A stretch of 64,000 bases of DNA from Acaryochloridaceae cyanobacterium VAR_48_metabat_390 (GCA_031422435.1 JANPLU010000030.1:32001-96000), one strand, 5' to 3'; shown: positions 41,146-51,803, counted from the stretch's first letter. Numbers and translations: made by a program. The notes: generated from the letters alone by a model not told the origin.

Positions 41146-42525
41146 ATGACCAAAGCGTCTCAAGAAATAAGCCGCACAGAACAGCGTAAATCTAGTAACT
41201 ATCCGCCTGCCTATTTTTCGTCTCTTGAGTTAGAGAACGTCCTTTGCTTCAAGACTCCTCAAAAGCTTGAATTGTCTGATGCTAGAGGATTTCCTGCCCA
41301 ATGGACAGTCATTCTTGGTGATAATGGTGTTGGGAAAACAACTCTTCTACGTAGTCTGGCAGGGATGGAACCAAGATCAAGAACCGTAGAAGATCATCGT
41401 GGAAGTGAAATAATACAAGCACTCCCTTGGCTTTATTCGGCAGAAGAAAACTATTGGAAAAAAATTTCATATTCACGTTCTTCTCCTACAAAAATCAAGG
41501 CTTCATTTTTATATGACTCTCTTCTAAGTAACTTACAAAGCTCTTCTTCTATTCGATTTAAACAAACTGAATTTCATGTTAGAAGAAAAGCATCTGTATT
41601 GAGTCGTGGAGCACTGCCATGTCTAGATAAGGTCTTGGGACTCAAATGCTATGGCTATGGAGCTAATCGTAAAATGAGTGAGACTTCTCTGACAGAAGCG
41701 ATATCATCTAACAGTTGTGCAAGCTTATTTTCAGATGATGAAGTGCTAATTAATGCAGAAGAATGGTTGCTTCAAGCAGATTATGCAGTTGCGCGCTCTG
41801 CGCCTGATAATAAACCACGACTAGAACAACGGTTTAATCTAATTCAGAATATCTTAAAACAGCTCCTTCCTTATGTTTCCGATATTCGCATTTCGCCTGC
41901 CGACAATAATAATCCTCGTCCTGCGGCGGAATTTCTCACGCCTTACGGATGGGTGCCTTTGAAAAGTCTTAGTCTTGGGTACAAAACTGTAATTGCCTGG
42001 ACGGTAGATTTAGCAGCAAGACTGATAGAGCGTTATCCACAAAGTGAAGACCCACTAGCTGAACCCGCCGTTGTTTTGGTAGATGAAATTGATCTCCATC
42101 TTCATCCAAAATGGCAGCGCACCATCATGAGCTTTCTGACAGAGCGCTTTCCAAACACTCAATTCATCGTGACCGCTCATAGTCCACTCGTCGTTCAGGC
42201 GGCAAAAGGTGCCAACATAGTGCTGCTGCGTCGTGAGGGCGATCATGTCGTCATTGATAACGACCCTGAAATTATTGATAACTGGCGTGTTGAGCAAGTC
42301 CTCTCCAGCGTCTTTGATTTACCCAGTCCCCACTCGCCAGATATAGAAAAACTGATTGAAAGCAGAAGAAAAATTCTAGCAAAACCTAAGCTAACTACCA
42401 AAGATGAGCGAGAGCTGAAGAAACTAGAAAAGCAAATTGGCAGTTTGCCAACCGGAGAATCTCCAGAAGACATTCGGGCAATGGATATTATCCGTAAAGC
42501 CGCCAAGCTCCTAGAAAACAGTTAG
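41146..42525 (+). CDS. ABC/SMC-like AAA ATPase (PtuA/Septu-type)
   Basis: GDNGVGKT, YGANR, LSLGY signature, VLVDEIDLHLHPKWQ, QFIVTAHSP. Confidence 0.88.
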   Translation: MTKASQEISRTEQRKSSNYPPAYFSSLELENVLCFKTPQKLELSDARGFPAQWTVILGDNGVGKTTLLRSLAGMEPRSRTVEDHRGSEIIQALPWLYSAEENYWKKISYSRSSPTKIKASFLYDSLLSNLQSSSSIRFKQTEFHVRRKASVLSRGALPCLDKVLGLKCYGYGANRKMSETSLTEAISSNSCASLFSDDEVLINAEEWLLQADYAVARSAPDNKPRLEQRFNLIQNILKQLLPYVSDIRISPADNNNPRPAAEFLTPYGWVPLKSLSLGYKTVIAWTVDLAARLIERYPQSEDPLAEPAVVLVDEIDLHLHPKWQRTIMSFLTERFPNTQFIVTAHSPLVVQAAKGANIVLLRREGDHVVIDNDPEIIDNWRVEQVLSSVFDLPSPHSPDIEKLIESRRKILAKPKLTTKDERELKKLEKQIGSLPTGESPEDIRAMDIIRKAAKLLENS

Positions 42526-42538
42526 CCTCGTTTACGCC

Positions 42539-43321
42539 GTGATTCGCATCGACAAACCCAAAATTGCACCTGCAAAGCTAACCACAGACGGGAAAACCAA
42601 AGCAGATTCCCACATTGATGAATACCATCAAACCCCAGTTGATTATCAGCAAGGCAAAAAATCCTTCAGCTTCTCCAGCGATATTTATGGGCATCGCAGC
42701 GTAAAAGCCGCTCTGGTGCTTGCCCAGCATAAAAAATGCTGCTTTTGTGAGCGCCTTGTCGGAGACGATGGCGACGTAGAACACTTTCGCCCCAAAAGTG
42801 CCTACACTCAAAAAAAGGGAGGCAAGCTCAATCGTCCTGGCTACTACTGGCTTGCCTACGCTTGGGACAATTTATACCTCAGTTGCAGCGCCTGCAACCA
42901 ACGACAAAAGCGAAACCTATTTCCGCTAACTAAACCCACAACCCGCGCTCATTCCCACAGCCACAACATTAGCCTCGAAGAACCCCTGTTCGTTAACCCT
43001 GGAGTTGAAGACCCTAGCAAACACATTGCATTTAGGGGTGAAGTATCTCATCCAGTCCCTGGAAGTACAAAGGGAAAAATAACGATTGAAAATCTGAATC
43101 TAAATCGAGACATCTTGCTAGATATTCGATTTAGACATCTTCAGAACCTGAAACGTCATCTTGATATCATCACAATCGCGGTGACAAAACCTGAAGATGC
43201 TGAATGGCAAGCTGTAGCCGCTGAGGCAAGACACTTTTTAAGAGATGCAATTTCCGACCAAGGTGAATTTGCTGCCGCCACTCGTGCAGCTTTAAAGGAT
43301 GATTTGAAGAGCTTTATGTGA
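42539..43321 (+). CDS. HNH endonuclease (PtuB/TIGR02646-type)
   Basis: KCCFCE...VEHFRPKS...YWLAYAWDNLYLSCSACN. Confidence 0.88.
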   Translation: MIRIDKPKIAPAKLTTDGKTKADSHIDEYHQTPVDYQQGKKSFSFSSDIYGHRSVKAALVLAQHKKCCFCERLVGDDGDVEHFRPKSAYTQKKGGKLNRPGYYWLAYAWDNLYLSCSACNQRQKRNLFPLTKPTTRAHSHSHNISLEEPLFVNPGVEDPSKHIAFRGEVSHPVPGSTKGKITIENLNLNRDILLDIRFRHLQNLKRHLDIITIAVTKPEDAEWQAVAAEARHFLRDAISDQGEFAAATRAALKDDLKSFM

Positions 43322-43348
43322 TGAACAGTGTGGGCTTACTCCCATTTA

Positions 43349-44032
43349 TCAATAAGGCGGTTCCGCTGGCCTATCATACCCGCACATTCCTATTCGTGGC
43401 GAATTCACCAAAGGGATTGGTTCATCATAGTTGTGATGGGGATGAGTCTTGGTGTGAGCATCACAGAGCGTTCCCCAAGTTTGATCTTCATATAGACATT
43501 CCATGCATAGATGCGTTGCAGGTTGTCCACACTCAATGCATTTTTCTTCCGGCATGAGGTTTCGTGCCATTAGAACGATCGCCCTCGAAGTCGTAGGCTT
43601 CCCTTCCCGCACGCTCACCAGCTTTACCATCGTTTCTGAAGACGTGCCAAAGTCATAAATGTGGGTCAACGTACTGCCAAGCTGAAATACATCCTTAACT
43701 TTTCGGGTTTTCCCAACGGCTTGGGCAAAGCCACCGCTCAGCGAAAACTGGCTCATGTGACCACAGCATTCTAGCCAGATGGCGCGCAAATATTCATCTA
43801 AATGCTGCAAAGACTTAGAACCGCGCATTTCTAAATCGAGCCAAAATTCGTTGCGGTAGGCATCCTGTACACGCAGGTGAAAGAGCGTTTCTGGGGCTGC
43901 TTTGCCTGCTTCGGATTTGGCTATTGCCGCCAATCTTTCCTTGCAGGTTCCCAAGTGCTTCGTCATTGCACCTTTTGCCAGTTCCTTGCTGCAATAGGCA
44001 CAGGCTCCCTTCGACTGCTTTCTCTGTGCCAA
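43349..44032 (-). CDS. pRiA4b ORF-3-like protein with Zn-finger-like Cys clusters
   Basis: CAYC...H...C, LECCGHMSQF, HIYDFG, CIEC..CMEC, VNSPRIGMCGY. Confidence 0.7.
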   Translation of the reverse strand: MAQRKQSKGACAYCSKELAKGAMTKHLGTCKERLAAIAKSEAGKAAPETLFHLRVQDAYRNEFWLDLEMRGSKSLQHLDEYLRAIWLECCGHMSQFSLSGGFAQAVGKTRKVKDVFQLGSTLTHIYDFGTSSETMVKLVSVREGKPTTSRAIVLMARNLMPEEKCIECGQPATHLCMECLYEDQTWGTLCDAHTKTHPHHNYDEPIPLVNSPRIGMCGYDRPAEPPY

Positions 44033-44094
44033 AGTTGACCTCCTCTAAGCCAAATTCTAACGTTGCGCTGAACTTGATCTTTTAAGCGGGTGGC

Positions 44095-44670
44095 TCAATC
44101 CATCCAGCCTACATCTACAGATTTAGGCTTGCTTGTACTGCTGCTCTGGCTGCTAGGCTGCACAGAATGAGAAGGGACAGACCTTAAAGACAATGGTGCT
44201 TTGCGCTGTGCTTGGGCTTTTGGCGCTTTCAATTCATCTACCGTTTTGCTCATCTGAGTATTTTCCTCAGAAAGCTGTAAAATCACATCTTTTGCCTCGG
44301 TCAGATCCGTCTTTAGCCGAGACACTTGAGCCTCAAGGCCACCTACTTCTTTTTGCTGACGCTTAACATCTGTCTGAAGGGATTTAATTTCGGACTGAAG
44401 CGTTTTTTCATGTTCCGCACCCTGAGCTAAAGCTGCCTTTAATTCAGTAATCTGCGCCGTAAACTTTGCCTCAGACGCATCATTTGCTTTAGCTGAGTCG
44501 GCGCTGCTCGCGGCAGCGGCAGATTTACGCGCACGGCTAGAGCTGGCAGCGGCAGCATCAACCGTTTCTGACTTTTCAACCTCGACAGGCTTAGATTCCG
44601 GTTCAGAAGTCTCCGGCGTTTCCTTCTCCACCTCTTGTCGCAAAATATCCGAAAGATTGCGGCGCGTCAT
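44095..44670 (-). CDS. mcdB: Carboxysome positioning adaptor McdB (probable)
   Basis: Overlaps the parA-like gene; charged N-terminus, central coiled coil, C-terminal Trp (VGWMD); next to the ccm locus. Confidence 0.75.
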   Translation of the reverse strand: MTRRNLSDILRQEVEKETPETSEPESKPVEVEKSETVDAAAASSSRARKSAAAASSADSAKANDASEAKFTAQITELKAALAQGAEHEKTLQSEIKSLQTDVKRQQKEVGGLEAQVSRLKTDLTEAKDVILQLSEENTQMSKTVDELKAPKAQAQRKAPLSLRSVPSHSVQPSSQSSSTSKPKSVDVGWMD

Positions 44671-45329
44671 GATTTTTTCCTCCAGTCTTTTTCAATTTCT
44701 TCAACCACCTGATGGTAGTCTGAACCCGCTTGGTCAGTATTGCGTCCCTGCCATTGCAGAATCGTCTTGCCTTCTAGCGCAGCCCGTTCGTGCGCTTTGT
44801 AAGCCCGAATAAACGCCGTACAAACCGGAATACTTAATTCCCGAAGGGTATTTTGCGCATCATGGGCTTCTTTAATACTGCGCGGATCAACCTTCGTGAG
44901 CAAGACGCGATGCATCACGCCACTGGGCAGCACCGCACTTCTGACTGTTTGCACCAAAGCCGCCAAGTCCATCGGGGCTGGAGGCGTTGGCAAAATCAAG
45001 TAGTCTGCGGCTGGAATGACCGCTGCAAGAGCTTCAGAAGCCAACGCTGGTGGAGTATCAACCACCACAACGCCATAGGTTTTAGCGTATTTTAGATCTT
45101 TGAGCAGTGATGGGTTGGTTTCCTTCGCAATGTCAAACCCCAAGCTGGTTTCACTCTGCTCTGCCCACCAAGAGGCAGAACCCTGAGGGTCAGCATCGAC
45201 TAGTAAAACTTTGTACGTTGCAGATAAGATTGCAGCCAAGCTCACGGCAGTAGTGGTTTTGCCAACGCCTCCTTTGCCATTAAGAACCACCAAAACCTTA
45301 TTTATTCGGGTAGATGAATTTACGGCCAC
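44667..45329 (-). CDS. mcdA: ParA-family ATPase McdA (probable)
   Basis: KGGVGKTT deviant Walker A, DADPQGS, VDTPP; short ParA near ccm genes; start codon uncertain. Confidence 0.8.
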   Translation of the reverse strand: MAVNSSTRINKVLVVLNGKGGVGKTTTAVSLAAILSATYKVLLVDADPQGSASWWAEQSETSLGFDIAKETNPSLLKDLKYAKTYGVVVVDTPPALASEALAAVIPAADYLILPTPPAPMDLAALVQTVRSAVLPSGVMHRVLLTKVDPRSIKEAHDAQNTLRELSIPVCTAFIRAYKAHERAALEGKTILQWQGRNTDQAGSDYHQVVEEIEKDWRKKS

Positions 45330-45452
45330 ACCTTCGTCCCTACGCAAACATTTGGCTGATCTCAACTTGCTTCAATCCAAGTCTTTGAGAGCCTCTAACC
45401 TTCATTAAACCTTAGGATGGTGTCGTCGCTCGACATACTGCTAATCTTGCCT

Positions 45453-46595
45453 CTATGAAGCAGACCCAATTTGAACAGATTCTAGCTGTGATGATCGCAG
45501 CCGATCCATCCAGCCTTGGAGGTAAATCTGGTTCGTTTTTTGTTCTTTGGGGTCATGGGTGTCGATGGGATGAGGCATTAGACCCACAATGGTTGCGTTT
45601 GTGACGCAAAACATCGACTTCTGAAAACTTTCGCACAGTTTGATCAGTAGGTCATCTTCTTTACGGATGGTTTGTTGGTACACCTGATGCAAATAGTCTG
45701 GAATGTAGTGGCGCATGTCCTGCATGAGCAGCGTGGGGGGAATGCCAGCACCACCAATCGGGAGTGGGTCTGCATAAAGGGCACCGTAGGCAAAACGGCC
45801 TTGGTCAAAGGGAATCTGCTGTGCTTGGGCGTTGTAAGAAACTGTGCCCAAAAAGGGCGTTCCTCTAAAAAAGATAGTTTCCACATAGGGAATTGCCGCA
45901 TCTGCTAAAAAAGTTAGCTTTGCCGACTTAGGAATAATGTTGTAGCGTTGCCCCCCAATCTCGACGGCATAGACGATGGGTTTACTTGCTGCCGCAACCA
46001 GGCCAGCTTTAACATGCTCAACAATTTGAGAAACCGTCGTAATTTTGCCCTGATCGTACAAGTCCGATAGCGTGAGAAAAATCTCACACATAACATCCCA
46101 AAACTGGCCTAAAACGCTGTAGTAAACCGACTGCCGCACCTGCTCTAGCAAAAACTCAGGAAAGGCTTTGTTGAGTCCACGAATAAAAAAGTTGCCGCGC
46201 GTTTTAGCATCAATGGCTTTTTGGGCACATTTGCGAAACGTATCGGAATCTAGATACGCATCGAGTCCGCCACCGCCGTGCCACTGCATTACCTTCATGC
46301 AGTATTCGGCGTATTCAAAGTTAATGCGGTCATGCCACAAATGGCGCATTAGCTTGGCGATCGTGACTTTTCCGTCAAAGTATTTAAAAAACGGAAAAAG
46401 TTCTAGGAATTGCCCTTCGGCTATGTAAATCAAATTTTTGTAGTAGGCGTCCATCACAACGCCATAGCTTTTGAGGACGCCTACAACCTCCAAAACGTTC
46501 TCTGGCGTATCGGGCAGGAGGGTTTTTCCCTGCTGGATCCGTTCGATATACTCGGCGTAGGGATGCTTTGATTTGAGCTGAGGGGTGTTGGACAT
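45453..46595 (-). CDS. cupB: CO2 hydration protein CupB (ChpX)
   Basis: EVVGVLKSYG, HDRINFEYAEYC, GIPPTLLMQDM; 380 aa; follows ndhF4/D4. Confidence 0.93.
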   Translation of the reverse strand: MSNTPQLKSKHPYAEYIERIQQGKTLLPDTPENVLEVVGVLKSYGVVMDAYYKNLIYIAEGQFLELFPFFKYFDGKVTIAKLMRHLWHDRINFEYAEYCMKVMQWHGGGGLDAYLDSDTFRKCAQKAIDAKTRGNFFIRGLNKAFPEFLLEQVRQSVYYSVLGQFWDVMCEIFLTLSDLYDQGKITTVSQIVEHVKAGLVAAASKPIVYAVEIGGQRYNIIPKSAKLTFLADAAIPYVETIFFRGTPFLGTVSYNAQAQQIPFDQGRFAYGALYADPLPIGGAGIPPTLLMQDMRHYIPDYLHQVYQQTIRKEDDLLIKLCESFQKSMFCVTNATIVGLMPHPIDTHDPKEQKTNQIYLQGWMDRLRSSQLESVQIGSAS

Positions 46596-46697
46596 GAAAT
46601 GACTTCCGCAAAAAAATCAGCGCTACTTTAGCAAGGCTTGCTAAGGATCATGAATTAAATAACTTGGAACATTGATTAAATGCCGTGCGCTTTGCAC

Positions 46698-46740
46698 TCC
46701 CTTATCCCCTAGCCCCTTCCCCCAGCAGGAGAAGGGGGAC
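46698..46740. repeat. Cyanobacterial short dispersed REP-like palindrome
   Basis: CCCCTAGCCCCTTCCCCCAGCAGGAGAAGGGGG between ndhD4 and cupB. Confidence 0.5.
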
Positions 46741-46747
46741 AAGATTT

Positions 46748-48274
46748 TTACTCTGAAGATTGACCTAAGACATCAGCACGTTGGGCAAGCACCGCGATAG
46801 GAGGCGCAGCAGTTTTCGCTAATTGGGTAATACTGGCTTCTGTCCAACCTGTTATCCAACTGGGCTGGAGTCCAAACAAAACGACTAAAAGTGCAAGGAG
46901 AATACCAGGATAGCGATCGCTCCAAGCCACAGGTGGCAATGTTACTACCTTATCATCGGCACGGGTGGCAAGGCGACCAAAGAATGCCTGGTTGACCAGC
47001 AGCAGAAAGTAAACGGCGGTTAGCCCCGTCCCTACCATGCACAGCAGTGTCTGCACCGGAAATGCTGTAAAGCTAGCGCGAAATACTAAAAATTCAGAGA
47101 TAAACCCAACCATGCCAGGAATTCCTGCACTTGCCATCACGCCCAGCACCATGAGACTGCCGATGACGGGTAACCCCCGTTCTGGGTTGAGCAATCCTCT
47201 TAAAATTGTGAGGTCGCGGGTTCCGGTCTTTTTGTAGACAACGCCAACCAACAAAAATAGCAGTGCTGAAATGAGGCCGTGGCTGACCATTTGCAGTTCA
47301 ACAGCAACCAGGCTAAGGGGAGTTGCAGCAGCGGCAGCCAGTAAAATAAAGCCCATGTGCCCGACAGAACTGAAGGCCACCATCTTTTTCATGTCAGTTT
47401 GGGCGATCGCCGTAAATGCCCCATACAGCACGCTCACCACCGCCCAAGACGCCAGCCAGGGTGCCAGTACAGACCACGCTTCAGGAAATAAACCCACTCC
47501 AAACCTCAGCAGACCATAGGTGCCAAGCTTTAGCAATACCCCAGCCAGCAAAACAGAGACAGGTGTAGATGCCTCAACATGGGCGTCGGGTAGCCAGGTA
47601 TGCAGAGGAACGATGGGAATTTTGATGCCAAAGCCCAGAAGTAGCCCACCCAATAACAGTACCTGCTGCGTTAGCGAGAGAGAATGAGCTAGATCGGGCT
47701 GGTAGGCAAAACTATCGGCTCCGCTCAGCCAAACCAAACCCAAAAAGCTGCCTAAGATAGCGATGCCAGAAACGGCGGTGTAGATCAAAAACTTAGTTGC
47801 GGCATACCCGCGCCGTGCCCCGCCCCAGATTCCAATCAGCAGGTACAAAGGAATCAGCTCAATCTCATAAAACAGGAAAAATAGCAGCATATTTTCTGCT
47901 AAAAACGCGCCCACTACGCCAAAATTCAGCAGCAGCATGAGGCTGTAGTAAAATCGTGGACGCTCGATTTCATCATCTGTGCTGTAGAGGGCAATGCAGG
48001 TCAAAAGGCTATTGAGGGCAACGAGAGGAAAGGAAAGGCCATCAATGCCCACCTGGTACCGCAGCCCTAAACTATCCAGCCACGGGATGGTTTCTTGAAA
48101 CTGAGATCCGGCGATCGCAATATCAAACTGCGACCCAATCACAGCCGTCCACACCAGCGCCAGCACAGACACAGCTAAACTGAATTGCTTCACCTGCCGT
48201 CCAGACTGAAAGTTAGGCCACACCACAATGGCGATCGCCCCTATCAGCGGAATCCAAAGGAGTATGCTTAGCAT
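46748..48274 (-). CDS. ndhD4: NDH-1 subunit D4 (CO2 uptake)
   Basis: NuoM-like; PLHTWLPDAHVEAS, LLNPERGLP; context. Confidence 0.92.
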   Translation of the reverse strand: MLSILLWIPLIGAIAIVVWPNFQSGRQVKQFSLAVSVLALVWTAVIGSQFDIAIAGSQFQETIPWLDSLGLRYQVGIDGLSFPLVALNSLLTCIALYSTDDEIERPRFYYSLMLLLNFGVVGAFLAENMLLFFLFYEIELIPLYLLIGIWGGARRGYAATKFLIYTAVSGIAILGSFLGLVWLSGADSFAYQPDLAHSLSLTQQVLLLGGLLLGFGIKIPIVPLHTWLPDAHVEASTPVSVLLAGVLLKLGTYGLLRFGVGLFPEAWSVLAPWLASWAVVSVLYGAFTAIAQTDMKKMVAFSSVGHMGFILLAAAAATPLSLVAVELQMVSHGLISALLFLLVGVVYKKTGTRDLTILRGLLNPERGLPVIGSLMVLGVMASAGIPGMVGFISEFLVFRASFTAFPVQTLLCMVGTGLTAVYFLLLVNQAFFGRLATRADDKVVTLPPVAWSDRYPGILLALLVVLFGLQPSWITGWTEASITQLAKTAAPPIAVLAQRADVLGQSSE

Positions 48275-48284
48275 TTGTTTTCCT

Positions 48285-50120
48285 CTACCACAAAGTCCAG
48301 GTGAATAACAGCCCCAAAATGCCGACGCCCAGCAAAATGGTCAGCATATAAAACTGAGACTGTCCCGAAGCGCTGTATTTCAAACTTTCTCCACCCAGCA
48401 CCGAAGCCAGCCCAATGGCGTTGACGAGGCCATCTACGATATAGCGATCAATCCAGGCGGTAATCTGCGACAGAGACGCCACCACAAACACCACCGTGAC
48501 GCGATACAGCCGATCAATATAAAAATCGTAGGCCAAAATATCTTGCAGAACCCGCAGCGGCTTTTGGATGGGTCGCGCCATTGATCGATTCAGATTTAGG
48601 GTTGCACCAATGCTACAGCCAATAATGCCAGACAGCACTAGTGCCGCCGCCGCACTTTTGTTGATGTAGGCAAGGTTGGGCAGCAGCGATAAACGCATCA
48701 TCATCAAAGGGGACAAAAGCGTCACGATAATCATAGACACCATTGGCACTGCCATAGGCCAAGGCACTTCCGGGGCACGCCGCGTTTTGGGTTGGGATGC
48801 CCCCAAAAAGACCAGTCGAAAAATCCGCGTGAGGTTAATGGCAGTCAGCAGATTGACCGTCAACACAATCGCCGCCAGCAGCGGTTGGTCGTACCAGTAG
48901 ATATCTAACCCGCGCTCAAAAGCCCAAAAACAGCCCAGTGGAAACAGCCCGACCAGTGCCGAAGCCCCCACCACAAAAGAGGTTGTGGTGGCAGGCATCC
49001 GTGACCACAGCCCGCCGTACTCCGTCAGATCCTGCGTGTTGGTGGTGATGATGAGTCCCCCCACGCTCATAAAAATTAAGGCTTTGGCGATCGCATGGGT
49101 GAACAGCAGCAAAAAAGCCACGTTCGTCCACTGCATTCCCACGGCAATAAACACCAGCCCCAAGTAGGCACTGGTGGAGTGAGAGAGTGCGCGCTTGATA
49201 TCAATTTGGGCGATCGCCACTAGAGATTCACCAATGGCGGTAATGCTGCCAATCACCACCAGCGTCGTCAACGCTACGGGCGATAGGTTTAAAATCGGCT
49301 GGAGCTTAATTAAAAAATAGGCACCCGACGACACCACTACAGAATTTCGCAAAATTGAGGCAGGGTTAGGTCCCTCCATCGCCTCATCTAACCAAAGGTG
49401 AAACGGAAACTGCGCACATTTGCCCGAAGGTCCTGCAATCAATGCCAGCCCTAAAAGTGTGGCAACCCAGGGGGTTAACGTTGCTGTCTCTGCCCAGTCA
49501 TACAGATCCGGAAAATTTAGGCTTCCTGCCAGCACAGAGAGCGTAACCACCCCCATCAGCAGCAAAATATCGCCCACCCGCTTAGTCAAAAACGCATCCC
49601 GTGCGGCGGTCACAACCAGAGGCTGGGCATACCAAAAGCCCACCAATAGGTAGGTTGAGAGCGTCAGCATCTCTAACAGGGCGTAGCTTAAAAACAGCGA
49701 ATTGCTAATGGCAAGGCCGCTCATTGCCGCCTCAAAAAAGCCCATCAGCCCAAAGAACCGCGCTAAGGCAAAGTCTTTTTCCATGTAGCCTAGGGCAAAG
49801 ATCTGAGCCAAAAAACTGAGGCTTGTCACCAGCTCCATCACGCCCATCGTTGTCGAAGAAATTTCGACCAAAAACGTTAGGTCAAAGTCGGCCACTGTAA
49901 GCCAGTGAAAGACAAGCTGCACTGGCTCCTGATGCCAAGTTGCTCGAAACGCCAAGGTGCCGTGAACCAGTGACACTACCGTCATCAAAATGTTGAAATA
50001 GGCCGCAGGACGAGGCCCTGAACGCTTTACCAAGCCCATCGACCACGGCAGGGTCAACAACGCCCCCAATAGCCCATAGCAGGGCACCCACCAGCTTGTT
50101 TGCACCAGAATGTCATTCAT
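48285..50120 (-). CDS. ndhF4: NDH-1 subunit F4 (CO2 uptake)
   Basis: GPRPAAY, AARDAFLTKRVGD, LWLDEAMEGPNPAS, KTRRAPEV. Confidence 0.93.
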   Translation of the reverse strand: MNDILVQTSWWVPCYGLLGALLTLPWSMGLVKRSGPRPAAYFNILMTVVSLVHGTLAFRATWHQEPVQLVFHWLTVADFDLTFLVEISSTTMGVMELVTSLSFLAQIFALGYMEKDFALARFFGLMGFFEAAMSGLAISNSLFLSYALLEMLTLSTYLLVGFWYAQPLVVTAARDAFLTKRVGDILLLMGVVTLSVLAGSLNFPDLYDWAETATLTPWVATLLGLALIAGPSGKCAQFPFHLWLDEAMEGPNPASILRNSVVVSSGAYFLIKLQPILNLSPVALTTLVVIGSITAIGESLVAIAQIDIKRALSHSTSAYLGLVFIAVGMQWTNVAFLLLFTHAIAKALIFMSVGGLIITTNTQDLTEYGGLWSRMPATTTSFVVGASALVGLFPLGCFWAFERGLDIYWYDQPLLAAIVLTVNLLTAINLTRIFRLVFLGASQPKTRRAPEVPWPMAVPMVSMIIVTLLSPLMMMRLSLLPNLAYINKSAAAALVLSGIIGCSIGATLNLNRSMARPIQKPLRVLQDILAYDFYIDRLYRVTVVFVVASLSQITAWIDRYIVDGLVNAIGLASVLGGESLKYSASGQSQFYMLTILLGVGILGLLFTWTLW

Positions 50121-50573
50121 GGGAATGTTCCATTGCGATCGCCGCCCTAACCGAGTTATTTACAAAACTTAATTCCAATTTTAAGGCACTCATTGCTGTA
50201 TCAGTCGTAGGTACAACAGCTCACGAGCTTTATTGAAAGCACCTCGAAATTGATGGCTGCCCCATCAACGGAATCACAATATTCTTTGCCGCCACGCAAA
50301 GGTTTGATCGCTAGACGTCATGCTGAGCAAACGCTTCAGCAAAAAGGCGCATTTTTTAGAGCCTTATTTTTGATCGTCTCAGGTCAAATGATTAAACCTC
50401 AGCTTAGACCTCAACGATGCGCAAGAAAAGAGCCGCGTTATAAAAAATGATCAATCGTTTCTCTGATTCTTACTTATGAGACCCGTTTAATAATATTTTT
50501 ATAAAGGGGCACTCGCGGTTTCCGTAGCGGTTTCAATGGACTGAGTTTGGGGCAAGTCTCTCACGAAGAGACT

Positions 50574-50588
50574 ATTAGCTGAGCTAAT
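50574..50588. promoter_or_regulatory. Putative RbcR (LysR) box upstream of ccmK2
   Basis: ATTAG-CTGAG-CTAAT matches ATTA(G/A)-N5-(C/T)TAAT. Confidence 0.65.
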
Positions 50589-50790
50589 GTCTTAAATTTG
50601 AAACTATCATTGAAACTTATATTGTCAAAAGGAGCACAGCAACTCTATTCTTAGTTTCATAAGCCTGAAAGCCTTTATGACATAGAACGATGAGTATCCT
50701 CGTGCAACAACGAGCTAAGGGTGGCTCCTTCAGTCCTGAACAAAGGTGAAGCGATCAATTTTACGTTAGGAATTACGTTAGGAGAGTGTT

Positions 50791-51099
50791 ATGCCGATTG
50801 CGGTTGGAATGATTGAGACCAAAGGCTTTCCTGCTGTTGTAGAAGCAGCGGACGCAATGGTTAAGGCAGCGCGGGTGACGCTGGTGGGCTACGAAAAGAT
50901 CGGCAGTGGTCGCGTCACCGTGATCGTGCGAGGGGATGTGTCTGAGGTTCAGGCTTCTGTTGCCGCAGGTGTTGAGTCTGCAAAGCGGGTCAATGGTGGA
51001 GAAGTGCTTTCAACGCACATCATTGCGCGCCCTCACGAAAACCTAGAGTATGTGCTGCCTATCCGCTACACCGAAGACGTTGAGCAGTTTAGAACCTAG
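50791..51099 (+). CDS. ccmK2: Carboxysome shell protein CcmK2
   Basis: [25 protein letters not shown]; 102 aa. Confidence 0.95.
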   Translation: MPIAVGMIETKGFPAVVEAADAMVKAARVTLVGYEKIGSGRVTVIVRGDVSEVQASVAAGVESAKRVNGGEVLSTHIIARPHENLEYVLPIRYTEDVEQFRT

Positions 51100-51155
51100 G
51101 TTCTGGATGGCTAGGTTTTCAAAGTTTATCTTTTTAATTTTTGGAGAATAATGTT

Positions 51156-51497
51156 ATGGCGATCGCAGTTGGCATGATTGAAACCCTAGGGTTTCCCGCT
51201 GTTGTAGAAGCAGCCGATGCAATGGTAAAAGCCGCCCGCGTCACGCTGGTCGGCTACGAAAAAATTGGGAGTGGTCGCGTCACCGTCATCGTGCGGGGAG
51301 ACGTTTCTGAAGTCCAGGCTTCCGTTGCTGCCGGAATCGACAACGTGCGCCGCGTCAATGGTGGGCAAGTATTGTCTACCCACATCATTGCGCGCCCCCA
51401 CGAAAACCTAGAGTACGTACTGCCCATCCGCTACACCGAAGATGTTGAGCAGTTCCGCGAAAGCGTCAGCGGCATTCGCCCAATTGGCAGACCATAA
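51156..51497 (+). CDS. ccmK1: Carboxysome shell protein CcmK1
   Basis: CcmK with a C-terminal extension ([12 protein letters not shown]). Confidence 0.93.
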   Translation: MAIAVGMIETLGFPAVVEAADAMVKAARVTLVGYEKIGSGRVTVIVRGDVSEVQASVAAGIDNVRRVNGGQVLSTHIIARPHENLEYVLPIRYTEDVEQFRESVSGIRPIGRP

Positions 51498-51503
51498 CCC
51501 TCC

Positions 51504-51803
51504 ATGCAAATTGCTCAGGTTCGCGGCACTGTTGTAAGTACCCAAAAAGAACCAAGCCTCATGGGCGTTAAATTTATACTGGTGCAGCTCATTGATGAAG
51601 AAGGTCAGCTTCTTCCAAAATATGAAGTTGCGGCTGATTGCGTTGGGGCAGGTGTTAATGAATGGGTTTTGGTGAGTCGCGGTAGCGCAGCGCGCCAGCT
51701 CCCAGGTTACGAAAAGCGACCTTTAGACGCTTTAGTGGTTGGCATCATTGACACCGTTAGTCTCGATAATCGTCAGCTCTACAGCAAAAAAGACCAGTAC
51801 TAG
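51504..51803 (+). CDS. ccmL: Carboxysome vertex protein CcmL
   Basis: MQIAQVRGTVVSTQK, VAAD.VGAG..EWVL.SRGSAAR. Confidence 0.96.
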   Translation: MQIAQVRGTVVSTQKEPSLMGVKFILVQLIDEEGQLLPKYEVAADCVGAGVNEWVLVSRGSAARQLPGYEKRPLDALVVGIIDTVSLDNRQLYSKKDQY

